Source: Candidatus Heimdallarchaeota archaeon (lineage in GTDB: Archaea; Asgardarchaeota; Heimdallarchaeia; Heimdallarchaeales; Heimdallarchaeaceae). Taken from it: a stretch of DNA of 64,000 nucleotides. Below are positions 33,630 to 42,877 of the stretch, one piece after another. Both the position numbers and the translations under genes were made by a program. How positions within the stretch are numbered: position 1 is the stretch's first letter; each line of letters starts with the position of its first letter. The stretch is taken from NCBI GenBank assembly GCA_016840095.1, contig JAEOSZ010000026.1, forward strand, positions 17,920-81,919, written 5' to 3'. The notes below the pieces were generated by a model that worked only from the letters and a program-made list of their open reading frames with translations, had not been told where the DNA came from and searched no databases.

Positions 33630-34420
33630 TAAGCTATTCCTCCTCCATCAACAACAATTGATACACCCGTTACCCAACTTGAAAGATCACTAGCTAAGTA
33701 AAGAACTGTTTTAGCTACATCTAATGGTTCACCTACACGATTGAGAGGACGATCTGCAGCTTCTTTCATGAACTCTTCTTCATCAACACCTAATTGCTTT
33801 GCTTCTCCTCTTAGAAGTGGAGTATCTATATCTCCTGGACAAACACAATTGACTCTAATTTCATGTTTTCCATGATCAATAGCCATTGCACGAGTCATAT
33901 TTACAACGCCACCTTTAGCTGCACAGTAAGCTACTGCATCTGGACCCCCCTTGATTCCCCAGCCAGATCCTGTATTAATTATACTCCCTCCGTTCCCTTT
34001 AATCATTATTGGAATAACATATCGTGAAAGAAGATAAATTGATTTTAGATTAACATCAATTGATAAATCCCATTCTTCTTCTTTCAAGTCCAAAACAGTT
34101 TTTCGACGAATTACACCTGCATTATTGAATAGAATATCTATTCTCCCATATTCCTCATAAACTGCTTCAACTGTACTCTTACATGCAGAATCAGAAGTAA
34201 CATCACACAAAAAGAATTTAGCTCTTCCTCCAGAATCATTAATATCTTCTGCAGCTTTAGCACCTTTTGCTTCATCAATATCTATCATTGCTATACTTGC
34301 TCCTGCATCTGACAACAATTTTGCAGTAGCTAAACCAATACCTGATGCTGCACCTGTGACTAGTGCAACTTTATTCTCCAACGAAATCATATTTATGATA
34401 TTATTTTTTACATTAACCAT
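33629..34420 (-). CDS. Short-chain dehydrogenase/reductase
   Basis: TGAASGIG, NNAG, YCAAK, VCPGDIDT; start may be a downstream Met. Confidence 0.95.
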   Translation of the reverse strand: MVNVKNNIINMISLENKVALVTGAASGIGLATAKLLSDAGASIAMIDIDEAKGAKAAEDINDSGGRAKFFLCDVTSDSACKSTVEAVYEEYGRIDILFNNAGVIRRKTVLDLKEEEWDLSIDVNLKSIYLLSRYVIPIMIKGNGGSIINTGSGWGIKGGPDAVAYCAAKGGVVNMTRAMAIDHGKHEIRVNCVCPGDIDTPLLRGEAKQLGVDEEEFMKEAADRPLNRVGEPLDVAKTVLYLASDLSSWVTGVSIVVDGGGIA

Positions 34421-34440
34421 ATTATTCTACATCCTACTGG

Positions 34441-35208
34441 TTACTCCTCTAGAGGTGAATAAGGTCCTGCTGTTTCTCCACCATCAATGGCTATTGCTTG
34501 CCCTGTAATATATGCTGCTTCTGATGAAGCGAGGAAAGCAAACAGACTAGCAACTTCTTTTGGTTCTGCATGACGATTCAATGGTATTTTTGAATTAACC
34601 TCTTCTAGCATTTCAGGAGTATATTCTGCTTTTTGCATAGGTGTAAGAACATAACCTGGGCAAATAGCATTTACTCTTAACCATGGAGCAAATTCTAGAG
34701 CTAATGATTTAGCTAATAAAATGACGCCTGCTTTAGAACTGTTATAGTCTGTATATAGAGGATGACCTTCAATACCATTTGTTGATGCTGTTAAAAGAAT
34801 TACTCCCGACTGTTGTTCTATCATTCTTGTTATTGCTTCCTTAGCACAAAGAAACATACCATCTAGATTTACTCGAAGAACTTTAGACCATTGTTCATAA
34901 TCAATTTTCAAAAATGGGTTTCGAAAGCTGATTCCTGCATTGGAGATTAAAATATCTAAACCACCTAAAATAGAATCAATTTCTTCAAAAACAGCTTTAA
35001 CATCTTCTGGTTTACTAACATCAGCATAAATACATCCTTTGAACTCCGGATTATTTGAAAGTACCTTGTTTAACTCTTCTTTGTTCCAGTCAATAATGAG
35101 GACCCTTGATCCTTCGTTAACAAAACGTTGAGCTGTAGCTAAACCAATACCACTAGCTCCTCCAGTAATAACAACTCTCTTATCTTCAAGATCTTTATAC
35201 ATGCCCAT
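34441..35208 (-). CDS. Short-chain dehydrogenase/reductase
   Basis: TGGASGIG, SNAG, YNSSK, ICPGYVLT; start trimmed to MGMYKDL. Confidence 0.95.
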   Translation of the reverse strand: MGMYKDLEDKRVVITGGASGIGLATAQRFVNEGSRVLIIDWNKEELNKVLSNNPEFKGCIYADVSKPEDVKAVFEEIDSILGGLDILISNAGISFRNPFLKIDYEQWSKVLRVNLDGMFLCAKEAITRMIEQQSGVILLTASTNGIEGHPLYTDYNSSKAGVILLAKSLALEFAPWLRVNAICPGYVLTPMQKAEYTPEMLEEVNSKIPLNRHAEPKEVASLFAFLASSEAAYITGQAIAIDGGETAGPYSPLEE

Positions 35209-35355
35209 TTTGATCACTGTTCTGTACTTTAGATAATCATATTTTATCTTTTCCCACAAATAATTATGCTCAAAAGTGAACAAATGGATTGAAGTCTGAT
35301 TCTTAATTTAATCGTTTGATAAAAGCAGAGAAAAAAGCTACCAGAAGCTCCAACA

Positions 35356-35412
35356 AAAATATATACGGAAATAATGTCGGAAAATATATCACGAAAATAA
35401 TACGAAAATAAT
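35356..35412. repeat. Four short direct repeats CG(G/A)AAA(A)TA(A)T in a divergent promoter region
   Basis: CGGAAATAAT 35366, CGGAAAATAT 35378, CGAAAATAAT 35392 and 35403. Confidence 0.65.
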
Positions 35413-35470
35413 GCGTTTATTATAATGATTGCATAAAGTTTAATTATATCTATACATCTAATTACGCATT

Positions 35471-36466
35471 ATGAAAAAGCGAAATTTAATTGCAATCATA
35501 ATGTCAGTAATAGGTGTAGCTTTCATTATTGCAGCAATGGTGCTTGTCTATGTCTACGGAAGAGGAGCTACAACTATTGATTACATGATATCTGACTTCT
35601 TCTTGAATAATAGTTCGAGTACAGGTAATACTATTTTTGGTATAATTACGTATTTGGGAGAAGCAATAATTTACATCGCAATTCTAGTAATATTGTATTA
35701 TGTATGGGATAAGAAGAAAGCATTTAGAGCAATTGTTGCATTGGTTTCAGCAACAGTAGTAAATGCTTCAACAAAAGCAGCTTTCAAATTACCACGACCA
35801 GATGATACATTTGGACATACAATAGATGAAACAAGCTATGGTTTACCAAGTGGACACACTCAAATAAGTACAACCTTCTGGGGTGTTCTTGGATCCTTTG
35901 TTGTTAAATGGGGAATGTTGATCGTTTCCATTGTGCTTCCATTGTTGATTGCATTCTCTAGAATTTATCTAGTTGTTCATTGGTTTACTGATGTTCTAAT
36001 GGGATTTGGAATAGGATTAATAATATTGGCTATTTTCCTAGTAGTTCTCAAACCCATAGAGAATTATTTTGAGAATAAATCAACAACAGCAAAAATAGTA
36101 TGGAGCATTATAACTGGTATAGTATTTGCAACCCCTATAGTATTACTGCAGCTATTTCCTGTTCTAGAATTGGAAGCAATGTTTAGTAATCTGAGATACA
36201 TTGTTGTTTTCATAACTGTTTCAATATCTTATGCAATAGAAGGTAAGGTTGTAGACTTTGATAACAAAATGGACAAATGGTGGAAAGGAATACTAAGAAT
36301 TCTATTGGCAGTAATTGTTCTTGCAGGAGTTTTTCTATATGATATGTTCTTTGATCCTGATCCAGTAACAAATCTGAAAATGATACTAGATTTAGTTGTT
36401 TATGCATTACTTGGACCAATAATTGTTCTATTACTACCTTGGATTATGAAGAAACTTAACCTATAA
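35471..36466 (+). CDS. PAP2 family membrane phosphatase
   Basis: K....PRP, PSGH, SRIYLVVHWFTDV motifs; multiple TM helices. Confidence 0.93.
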   Translation: MKKRNLIAIIMSVIGVAFIIAAMVLVYVYGRGATTIDYMISDFFLNNSSSTGNTIFGIITYLGEAIIYIAILVILYYVWDKKKAFRAIVALVSATVVNASTKAAFKLPRPDDTFGHTIDETSYGLPSGHTQISTTFWGVLGSFVVKWGMLIVSIVLPLLIAFSRIYLVVHWFTDVLMGFGIGLIILAIFLVVLKPIENYFENKSTTAKIVWSIITGIVFATPIVLLQLFPVLELEAMFSNLRYIVVFITVSISYAIEGKVVDFDNKMDKWWKGILRILLAVIVLAGVFLYDMFFDPDPVTNLKMILDLVVYALLGPIIVLLLPWIMKKLNL

Positions 36467-36510
36467 TTCTAAATTTTCTCTTTTTTTTTTCTTTTCTTAT
36501 TTTTAGAAAA

Positions 36511-37521
36511 TCAATCTTCAGAAGCTGATGTTTCTTCTTTAGTTTTTTTCTTTGGAAATATTCTGGGAAACCATGGAACCATAGCACTAACTTCTTCCAT
36601 AACTTGCTTGTAATGAGGTCTTCTTTCAAGTGAGCGAACATCCATAAGCCATGAACTGAAACGGAAAAAAGCAGCCATGAATGCAGGTCCAACAAAAACG
36701 AGAACAACGGTTGGATACGATTTGTGAAAGCCTGCTGAAATGCCGAAGAACATAATGCCTATCCAGAACAAAACTTCTCCAAAGTAATTTGGGTGTCGAG
36801 AATATTTCCAGAGACCACCGCGAAAAATGCCACCCTTCTTGTATTCTTCTGTTGAGCGAAATCTTTTCAGTTGGATATCTGCAAAGAATTGAATTACAAC
36901 AGCTGAAAGCGCTGCAATAATACCTAGAACGTCAAAGACGGAGAAAGGATTCTGTAGTCCTGCAGGAACATTAAGAGCAAGAATTCCAGGTGCCAAAGCA
37001 AAATAAACGAGAACTGTAGGGAATAGATGCATACCGAGGAGAGAATTTAACCAATAAGGTACTGGAAAGTCGCGCATTTTTTCATATCGCCAGTCTTCAT
37101 GTTGTAATCCTGTACGCCATCCAGTCCACCTGTAGAAAATGTGATAACGAGCAGCCCATAAGAACAGACATACAACAATGATTATGTGCCTGAAAGACCA
37201 AGGATTTGTAACTCCACCAGAGAACATTATTCCTAAAGCTAGTAAGGGCGGTGCAATGACCCAATAAGGATCATAAATTGATGAATTGTTATTAATAATG
37301 GAGAAAATCCATATTACTGTGGTAGCTATGCAATTGGCAATTAAAGCAGTGTAAAAAGGGTTCGAAACCAGATTGTATCTCTGGAACAACCACCAAGTTA
37401 GTATTCCTACTGCAAGAGCTGAGATATAAGCACCATAACAATGAAGTGCAGAAACCTGTCTTACTGGAGGTTGCTTTAAACTATGGTTTATTTCTGATGA
37501 AGTCATATAGGACTTTTTCAA
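36511..37521 (-). CDS. DUF1295 (steroid 5-alpha-reductase-like) membrane protein
   Basis: NSSIYDPYW, EDWRY, ADIQL, GLWKYSRHPNYFGE. Confidence 0.88.
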   Translation of the reverse strand: MKKSYMTSSEINHSLKQPPVRQVSALHCYGAYISALAVGILTWWLFQRYNLVSNPFYTALIANCIATTVIWIFSIINNNSSIYDPYWVIAPPLLALGIMFSGGVTNPWSFRHIIIVVCLFLWAARYHIFYRWTGWRTGLQHEDWRYEKMRDFPVPYWLNSLLGMHLFPTVLVYFALAPGILALNVPAGLQNPFSVFDVLGIIAALSAVVIQFFADIQLKRFRSTEEYKKGGIFRGGLWKYSRHPNYFGEVLFWIGIMFFGISAGFHKSYPTVVLVFVGPAFMAAFFRFSSWLMDVRSLERRPHYKQVMEEVSAMVPWFPRIFPKKKTKEETSASED

Positions 37522-37671
37522 TGTGTGCTGTATAAAAAACTTAAGTGCACAGAATCTGTTAAACTTTAGAATAGTAAATACAAATTTTTAGAAATACTTG
37601 GGATTTCCTTTTAAAACCAATTTACAAGTTAAACACTTAATTCTAATTCAAGTTTTCTCCCGTTTTCCTTT

Positions 37672-38736
37672 TTATGTTTGCACTACTTCCAATCCTCTAT
37701 CCTGTTTGAGAATGTAAGCTTCGCCTCCCCCATCTTTAATGGCTTTTGCAACTTCTATCTCTTTTCCCGGAGAATAAGCCAAGAATGACCCTCCGTTACC
37801 ACTCCCTAAAAGTTTACAACCTAATGATCCTGCATTCCTTGCTATTTGGATTAAGTCTTGCATTTTCTGTGTAACATTTTCAAAATAATTTTGTTGAAAG
37901 TGATGATGACGATTAATCAAATCAGCAAACCCTTCTGTTTTCAATACATGATTTTTCATTTTGTGATATCCACTTCTTACTATATCTCTAATGCCCATTA
38001 TTGCAACAAGCTTCTGTAATCCTGTATCTTTAGATTCCTGAAATACTTGAAGTACATCATTAAAAGGTGAAGATTTCAAATCAAATGAATTATCTCTCTC
38101 TTTCATTATCCTTATCCCTAAATATATTTCTTCCTTCCTTCTTCTAATTGTTTGAAGAGTTTCCTTCTTTGTCAGAGTATCCCCTATTACTATTCCTTGT
38201 AATTTAGAACTAAGTCTTTCCAAGTTGTAAGGTTCTCTGCATTCAAGATAAAGCATTTCTCCAAAAACACTTGCATATTGATCCATCATTCCTCCTGGTT
38301 CTCCTAAATTAACAACTTCTGCTAGATAAGCATTCCATGCTAGTTCATTAGTTTTTAAATTTAGATTTGCAGCTTTATCAAAAAAGCCAACCAAAGCAGA
38401 GCAAAAGGCTGAAGAGGAAGATATTCCTTTTCCAATTAGTATATCAGAAGTGACTTTAATATTTGCACCAAAATCTTTGGGCAAGTGTTCTTGAAACAAA
38501 TTGAAAACAGAACGGATATAATCTCTTTTTTCTTTTAGTAGTTGTTTTTCATTCTTAAAATGTAATTTTTCTTGTAAATCAACCAAATCAAAGTAAATTG
38601 ATCCACTATTATTTATCTCTCCTTTAACTTCTATTCTCTGGTTGATTGCAATTGTGATAACTTCCAGATTCATATAATCTACATCCTCACCAAAAAGGCA
38701 GACTCGTCCTGGTGAAGAAGAAATTATCTCTTTCAT
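37672..38736 (-). CDS. GHMP kinase, galactokinase-like
   Basis: PGRVCLFGEDVDY, GKGISSSSA, GMMDQ, GSGNGGS. Confidence 0.85.
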   Translation of the reverse strand: MKEIISSSPGRVCLFGEDVDYMNLEVITIAINQRIEVKGEINNSGSIYFDLVDLQEKLHFKNEKQLLKEKRDYIRSVFNLFQEHLPKDFGANIKVTSDILIGKGISSSSAFCSALVGFFDKAANLNLKTNELAWNAYLAEVVNLGEPGGMMDQYASVFGEMLYLECREPYNLERLSSKLQGIVIGDTLTKKETLQTIRRRKEEIYLGIRIMKERDNSFDLKSSPFNDVLQVFQESKDTGLQKLVAIMGIRDIVRSGYHKMKNHVLKTEGFADLINRHHHFQQNYFENVTQKMQDLIQIARNAGSLGCKLLGSGNGGSFLAYSPGKEIEVAKAIKDGGGEAYILKQDRGLEVVQT

Positions 38737-38738
38737 CC

Positions 38739-40079
38739 CTATTCATTCCATTTTTTCTGATATTTTACTGCTGCTCTCTTTACCTTCTCAATGTCAATAG
38801 TTAGATAGTTACCATCTTGATATACGATCTTTCCATCTATCATGGTCATGGTTACATCTTTTCCACTGGCTGAATAGATCAAATGAGAAATTGGGTTGTA
38901 AAATGGATATGAATTAACTTCATTGGTATCAACCAAGATTAGATCAGCTTTCTTACCTACTTCGACAGAACCTATTTCGTTTTCCCAATTTATAGCTTGG
39001 GCCCCTTCAATTGTAGCCATTTTTAGAACCTTCTCTGCAGGAAGAGCAAGTTCATCTAGATGTTTTACTTTCTGCAAGAATGTAGCTAAACGCATATCGT
39101 GAAACATATCAAAATTATTATTGCAGGGAGGTCCATCAGTTCCAATTCCTACAATGACTCCCATATCTTGATATCTTAACACATCACATATTCCAGATGC
39201 CAGTTTACAATTGCTACTTGGATTATGTGTTATCCTAGTTTCTGTTTGTTTAACAATTTCATATTCTTCATCATCTAACCAAATTCCATGAGCTAGAATG
39301 GTTTCAGGACCTAATGCATTTAGTTTTTTTAGAGATCTGAAATAGCTTTCTCCGTACATCTTTACAACTGCATCACATTCCGCTTGTGATTCAGACGCAT
39401 GAGAATGAATCATTAAGTCGTCATATTCGTCTCTAGTTTCAACAATCATTTTCATTAATTTGGGAGAACAAGAAAGGAGAAACCTTGCATTCAATGTATA
39501 TTTTATCCTACCATTTTGTGTTTGATGATATTCATCTATCTGCTTTCTAGTGCTTTCAATGACAGTTTCAGCATCTTCACGAACAATCTCAGCAAAATCA
39601 TTATTATAATCCATTAGCATTTTTCCAATTCTTGCTCTAATTCCAATTTCCTTTGCTGCTTTAATTCCCTTAATTGAATCATGAGTTGTAAGCATATCAT
39701 TTGTAGTAGTTGTACCAGTTCTTATCATCTCTGCAAAACCAAGAAGTGATGAATTATATACCTCTTCAGAAGTGAAACGTGCTTCTCCAGGTAAGACCAC
39801 TTTTTTTAACCAATCTAGTAGTGCATAATCATCAGCTTTACCTCTCAAAAATGTTTGAATACTGTGACTATGAGTATTAACTAAACCAGGAAGTAATATT
39901 TTGTTTGAACCTTCTATTATCTTTGAAGCTGAATAATCTTGGTTTATTTCTTTCTTTGTTCCTACGCCTTGAATTATACCGTTGGAAATGAAAATTGCTG
40001 CATCTTTGATAACCCTATTTGAAGGGTCACAAGTAACTAATGTATCTGCTTCTAAAATAGTATCTTTCAACTTGACCAT
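38739..40079 (-). CDS. Metal-dependent amidohydrolase (MTA/SAH/5'-deoxyadenosine deaminase-like)
   Basis: PGLVNTHSH, HSHASE, HNPSSNCKLASG, GTDG, GKKADL; start trimmed to MVKLK. Confidence 0.9.
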   Translation of the reverse strand: MVKLKDTILEADTLVTCDPSNRVIKDAAIFISNGIIQGVGTKKEINQDYSASKIIEGSNKILLPGLVNTHSHSIQTFLRGKADDYALLDWLKKVVLPGEARFTSEEVYNSSLLGFAEMIRTGTTTTNDMLTTHDSIKGIKAAKEIGIRARIGKMLMDYNNDFAEIVREDAETVIESTRKQIDEYHQTQNGRIKYTLNARFLLSCSPKLMKMIVETRDEYDDLMIHSHASESQAECDAVVKMYGESYFRSLKKLNALGPETILAHGIWLDDEEYEIVKQTETRITHNPSSNCKLASGICDVLRYQDMGVIVGIGTDGPPCNNNFDMFHDMRLATFLQKVKHLDELALPAEKVLKMATIEGAQAINWENEIGSVEVGKKADLILVDTNEVNSYPFYNPISHLIYSASGKDVTMTMIDGKIVYQDGNYLTIDIEKVKRAAVKYQKKWNE

Positions 40080-40138
40080 TTTTTTAATAGGGCATAGCTT
40101 AATAAATCCTCTTTTTTTTGTATTTTTGTAGAAAAAAA

Positions 40139-40780
40139 ATGTTAGATGATGAATTAGCAAAACTGACTGAGGAAATCATCATATGTGAATCTTGTCATCT
40201 TAAAGACAGCCGAACTAAAGTTGTTCCAGGTATCTATGGTCCAAAGAATGGACTTTGTATTATAGGGGAAGCACCTGGGTTTAATGAAGATAAACAAGGA
40301 GAACCTTTTGTTGGTAGATCAGGAAAACTGTTAGATAGTATGCTGACAGATATTGGTCTAGAAAGAAAAAGAGACGTCAGTATTCTTAATGTAGTTAAAT
40401 GTCGACCAACAACAGAGAATAAAGAAAACAGAACCCCCACAAACTCTGAATTGAAATTTTGTGGTGAGAGATGGTTGTTTAAGCAACTGAAGTTGCTCTC
40501 GCCTAAATTAATTGTAACAATTGGGTCTATAGCTTTGAGATTTTTCATTCCTTCAGCTGCAGTTACTAAATACGTTGGAAAATCTTATGACACTGATTAT
40601 GGAATAAAATTATTTGTTACTTATCATCCTGCATATATTCTGCGCAATTATAATCTAATGGAAGTTTATAATCAACATTTTGAAGATATGAAGAAAATCT
40701 ACATTGATATCTTAAACCAAGATGGGATAACCTTTAAGGAAAAACCAAGTGAACAAAAATCTTTGACAGACTTTCTGTAG
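40139..40780 (+). CDS. udg: Family 4 uracil-DNA glycosylase
   Basis: CxxC, GEAPG, PFVGRSG, NVVKCRP, TYHPA. Confidence 0.95.
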   Translation: MLDDELAKLTEEIIICESCHLKDSRTKVVPGIYGPKNGLCIIGEAPGFNEDKQGEPFVGRSGKLLDSMLTDIGLERKRDVSILNVVKCRPTTENKENRTPTNSELKFCGERWLFKQLKLLSPKLIVTIGSIALRFFIPSAAVTKYVGKSYDTDYGIKLFVTYHPAYILRNYNLMEVYNQHFEDMKKIYIDILNQDGITFKEKPSEQKSLTDFL

Positions 40781-40853
40781 ATTTCTTTGAGCTTCACACC
40801 GATTTTTTTCAAAGAGAGAATCATTTATAATTAGAATAAAGACCAATTAAGTA

Positions 40854-42242
40854 ATGAGTAAAAAGTCTAAATTATTTGGGACTGCTGGAATAAGAGGTCG
40901 TTTTGGAACCAAAGTTACTGCTGGGCTTGTCATTCAAGTAAGTCAGGCAGTTGCGCAAATCTATTCTTCAGAGGGAATTCTTGTTGGTCATGATGCAAGG
41001 ACTTCATCTGAAGCTTTAAGCCAATTTGCTACTGCGTCTCTTTCATTAGCAGGAGCTAAGGTTCATAAAATTGGTTTGTGCACATTTCCTGTTATTGCCA
41101 ACTTAACATTAAGCACTAAACATACTGTAGCTATCTATATTACAGCATCTCACAACCCACCAACTGATAATGGAATTAAGGTACTTAGAAACGGGAGAGA
41201 ATTTACTCTTCAAGAACAAGATCAAATAGAAGAATCAATTTTCAAAAGTGGGAAAAGTTTAGATCGAATCAATCACGAAGAGTGGAATAAAATTATTCCA
41301 CAATTTGGAGTACTTGATGCAAACAATCAATATTTCAAGAGAATCACTCAAAAGATTAAAATGGATGGAAGCGGAAGAAGAGTAATTCTAGATTGTGCAA
41401 ACGGTCCAATGGCAGAGCTTGCACCACTAATATTAACACATTATGGCTTTTCACCAACAACGATTAATTCACATATAGACGGTTCTTTTCCAGGAAGGCT
41501 TGCAGAACCTAGTCCAGAAAATCTTACAACACTAATAGATCTTTGTAAGAAAGAAAGGGTTCTGGGAGTAGCTTTTGACGGTGATGGCGATAGGTTAGCT
41601 ATTATAGATGAATTAGGTCAATTTGTTGAACTATCAAGAATCAACGCTCTATTGGCAACTTATGCTATTGAAGAAGAAGGACCAGGAAAAGTAATTGTTA
41701 GTATTGATTCATCAACTACAATTGATAAAACTGTTGAAAAAATCGGGGGAGAAGTCATAAGAACAAATTTAGGTGAGCTTCACACAAAAGGTAAAGAACT
41801 TCTTGAAGCTAATGAGAAAGTTGTTTTTGCAGCTGAACCCTGGAAACCTATTTTTCCTAAATGGGGTTTTTGGATAGATGGTTTATATTCACTAATTAAA
41901 ATTTTGAAAGTGATTACAAGTGCTCAAACTACTGTTTCTGAAATAATTAAAGCTATTCCATTACATATTGCAAAGAGAACAGCATATATGGTAGATCAGG
42001 AAAGAGCTGAGGTTATTTTTGATGAATGTAAAGCTAAGCTCAAAGTTTCTCTTGAAAATGAAAGAAAAAGAGAACTAACCATTGATGGTTTGCGCTATGA
42101 TATGGATGACAGCACATGGGTCTTGATAAGAAAGTCAGGAACAGAACCTAAGATTAGAATTTATTATGAAGCTCCTACTGAAGAACGTTTTGAGTGGATT
42201 GAAAATATTGTTAAAGACTTAGAGAAAATAATCAAAGATTAG
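40854..42242 (+). CDS. Alpha-D-phosphohexomutase (PGM/PMM/GlmM family)
   Basis: LFGTAGIRG, TASHNP, FDGDGDR, RKSGTEPKIRIY. Confidence 0.92.
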   Translation: MSKKSKLFGTAGIRGRFGTKVTAGLVIQVSQAVAQIYSSEGILVGHDARTSSEALSQFATASLSLAGAKVHKIGLCTFPVIANLTLSTKHTVAIYITASHNPPTDNGIKVLRNGREFTLQEQDQIEESIFKSGKSLDRINHEEWNKIIPQFGVLDANNQYFKRITQKIKMDGSGRRVILDCANGPMAELAPLILTHYGFSPTTINSHIDGSFPGRLAEPSPENLTTLIDLCKKERVLGVAFDGDGDRLAIIDELGQFVELSRINALLATYAIEEEGPGKVIVSIDSSTTIDKTVEKIGGEVIRTNLGELHTKGKELLEANEKVVFAAEPWKPIFPKWGFWIDGLYSLIKILKVITSAQTTVSEIIKAIPLHIAKRTAYMVDQERAEVIFDECKAKLKVSLENERKRELTIDGLRYDMDDSTWVLIRKSGTEPKIRIYYEAPTEERFEWIENIVKDLEKIIKD

Positions 42243-42628
42243 TGAGATATATGGTATCAGAAATAATAAACGAGGAATTGAGACTAACTTATGAAAGGCT
42301 TAGAATGACTTTAGTAATTCTGTTCTTTTGGGTTATTCTAACTACTTTGGATATAACAGGAATAATAAACTTAGAAGGAAACGGAAATAACTTTCTGGTC
42401 TATGCTATTATGGCAGCTTCAGCTATCATTTTCCTAATACTTGCTTTAGGTATCCAAGCAGAACCACTTATCAAACAAGTGATAAAAAATAGAAAAGAAA
42501 TCGATAAGTTTTGGGAATCTGAAGAAAAACTAAAACCAAGTATAGAAAAGCGAACAAAAATTAGTGAAATAATTTTGATTTTTGCTATATTAATAATGAT
42601 GGTATCTTTACTGTTTATAACAGTGTAA
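42242..42628 (+). CDS. Hypothetical membrane protein (3 TM)
   Basis: Three hydrophobic segments; abuts the mutase stop codon. Confidence 0.6.
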   Translation: MRYMVSEIINEELRLTYERLRMTLVILFFWVILTTLDITGIINLEGNGNNFLVYAIMAASAIIFLILALGIQAEPLIKQVIKNRKEIDKFWESEEKLKPSIEKRTKISEIILIFAILIMMVSLLFITV

Positions 42629-42746
42629 ACTCGGTAATCTTTACCTATCAAGGTGAGGCGATTCTAGCTAAACAAACCAACTTTTTTTCCTTTAAAGAGT
42701 CAATCAATTAATTAATAAACCACCTTCTTGGAAGTTCTAGTAAATC

Positions 42747-42767
42747 TTCCAGTCGAAAAAGAGGGGT
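42747..42767 (+). promoter_or_regulatory. ORB-like (Orc1/Cdc6 origin-recognition box) motif
   Basis: TTCCAGTCGAAAAAGAGGGGT fits TTCCA-N3-GAAA-N4-GGGGT with a G-string; AT-rich tract at 42701-42720. Confidence 0.45.
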
Positions 42768-42877
42768 TTTGAAAGAACCAGAGGTCACTGAAAGTATTTA
42801 GCACCTTATTAGAAGGATTTATTGTGACCTAGGTGAAGGAAATATCTTTATTTACTATTAGATTTTGATATACTTGA

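Noticed and set aside
35356-35412. Repeats as a mini-CRISPR
   Set aside because: Units are ~10 bp with no spacers, and no cas genes are present
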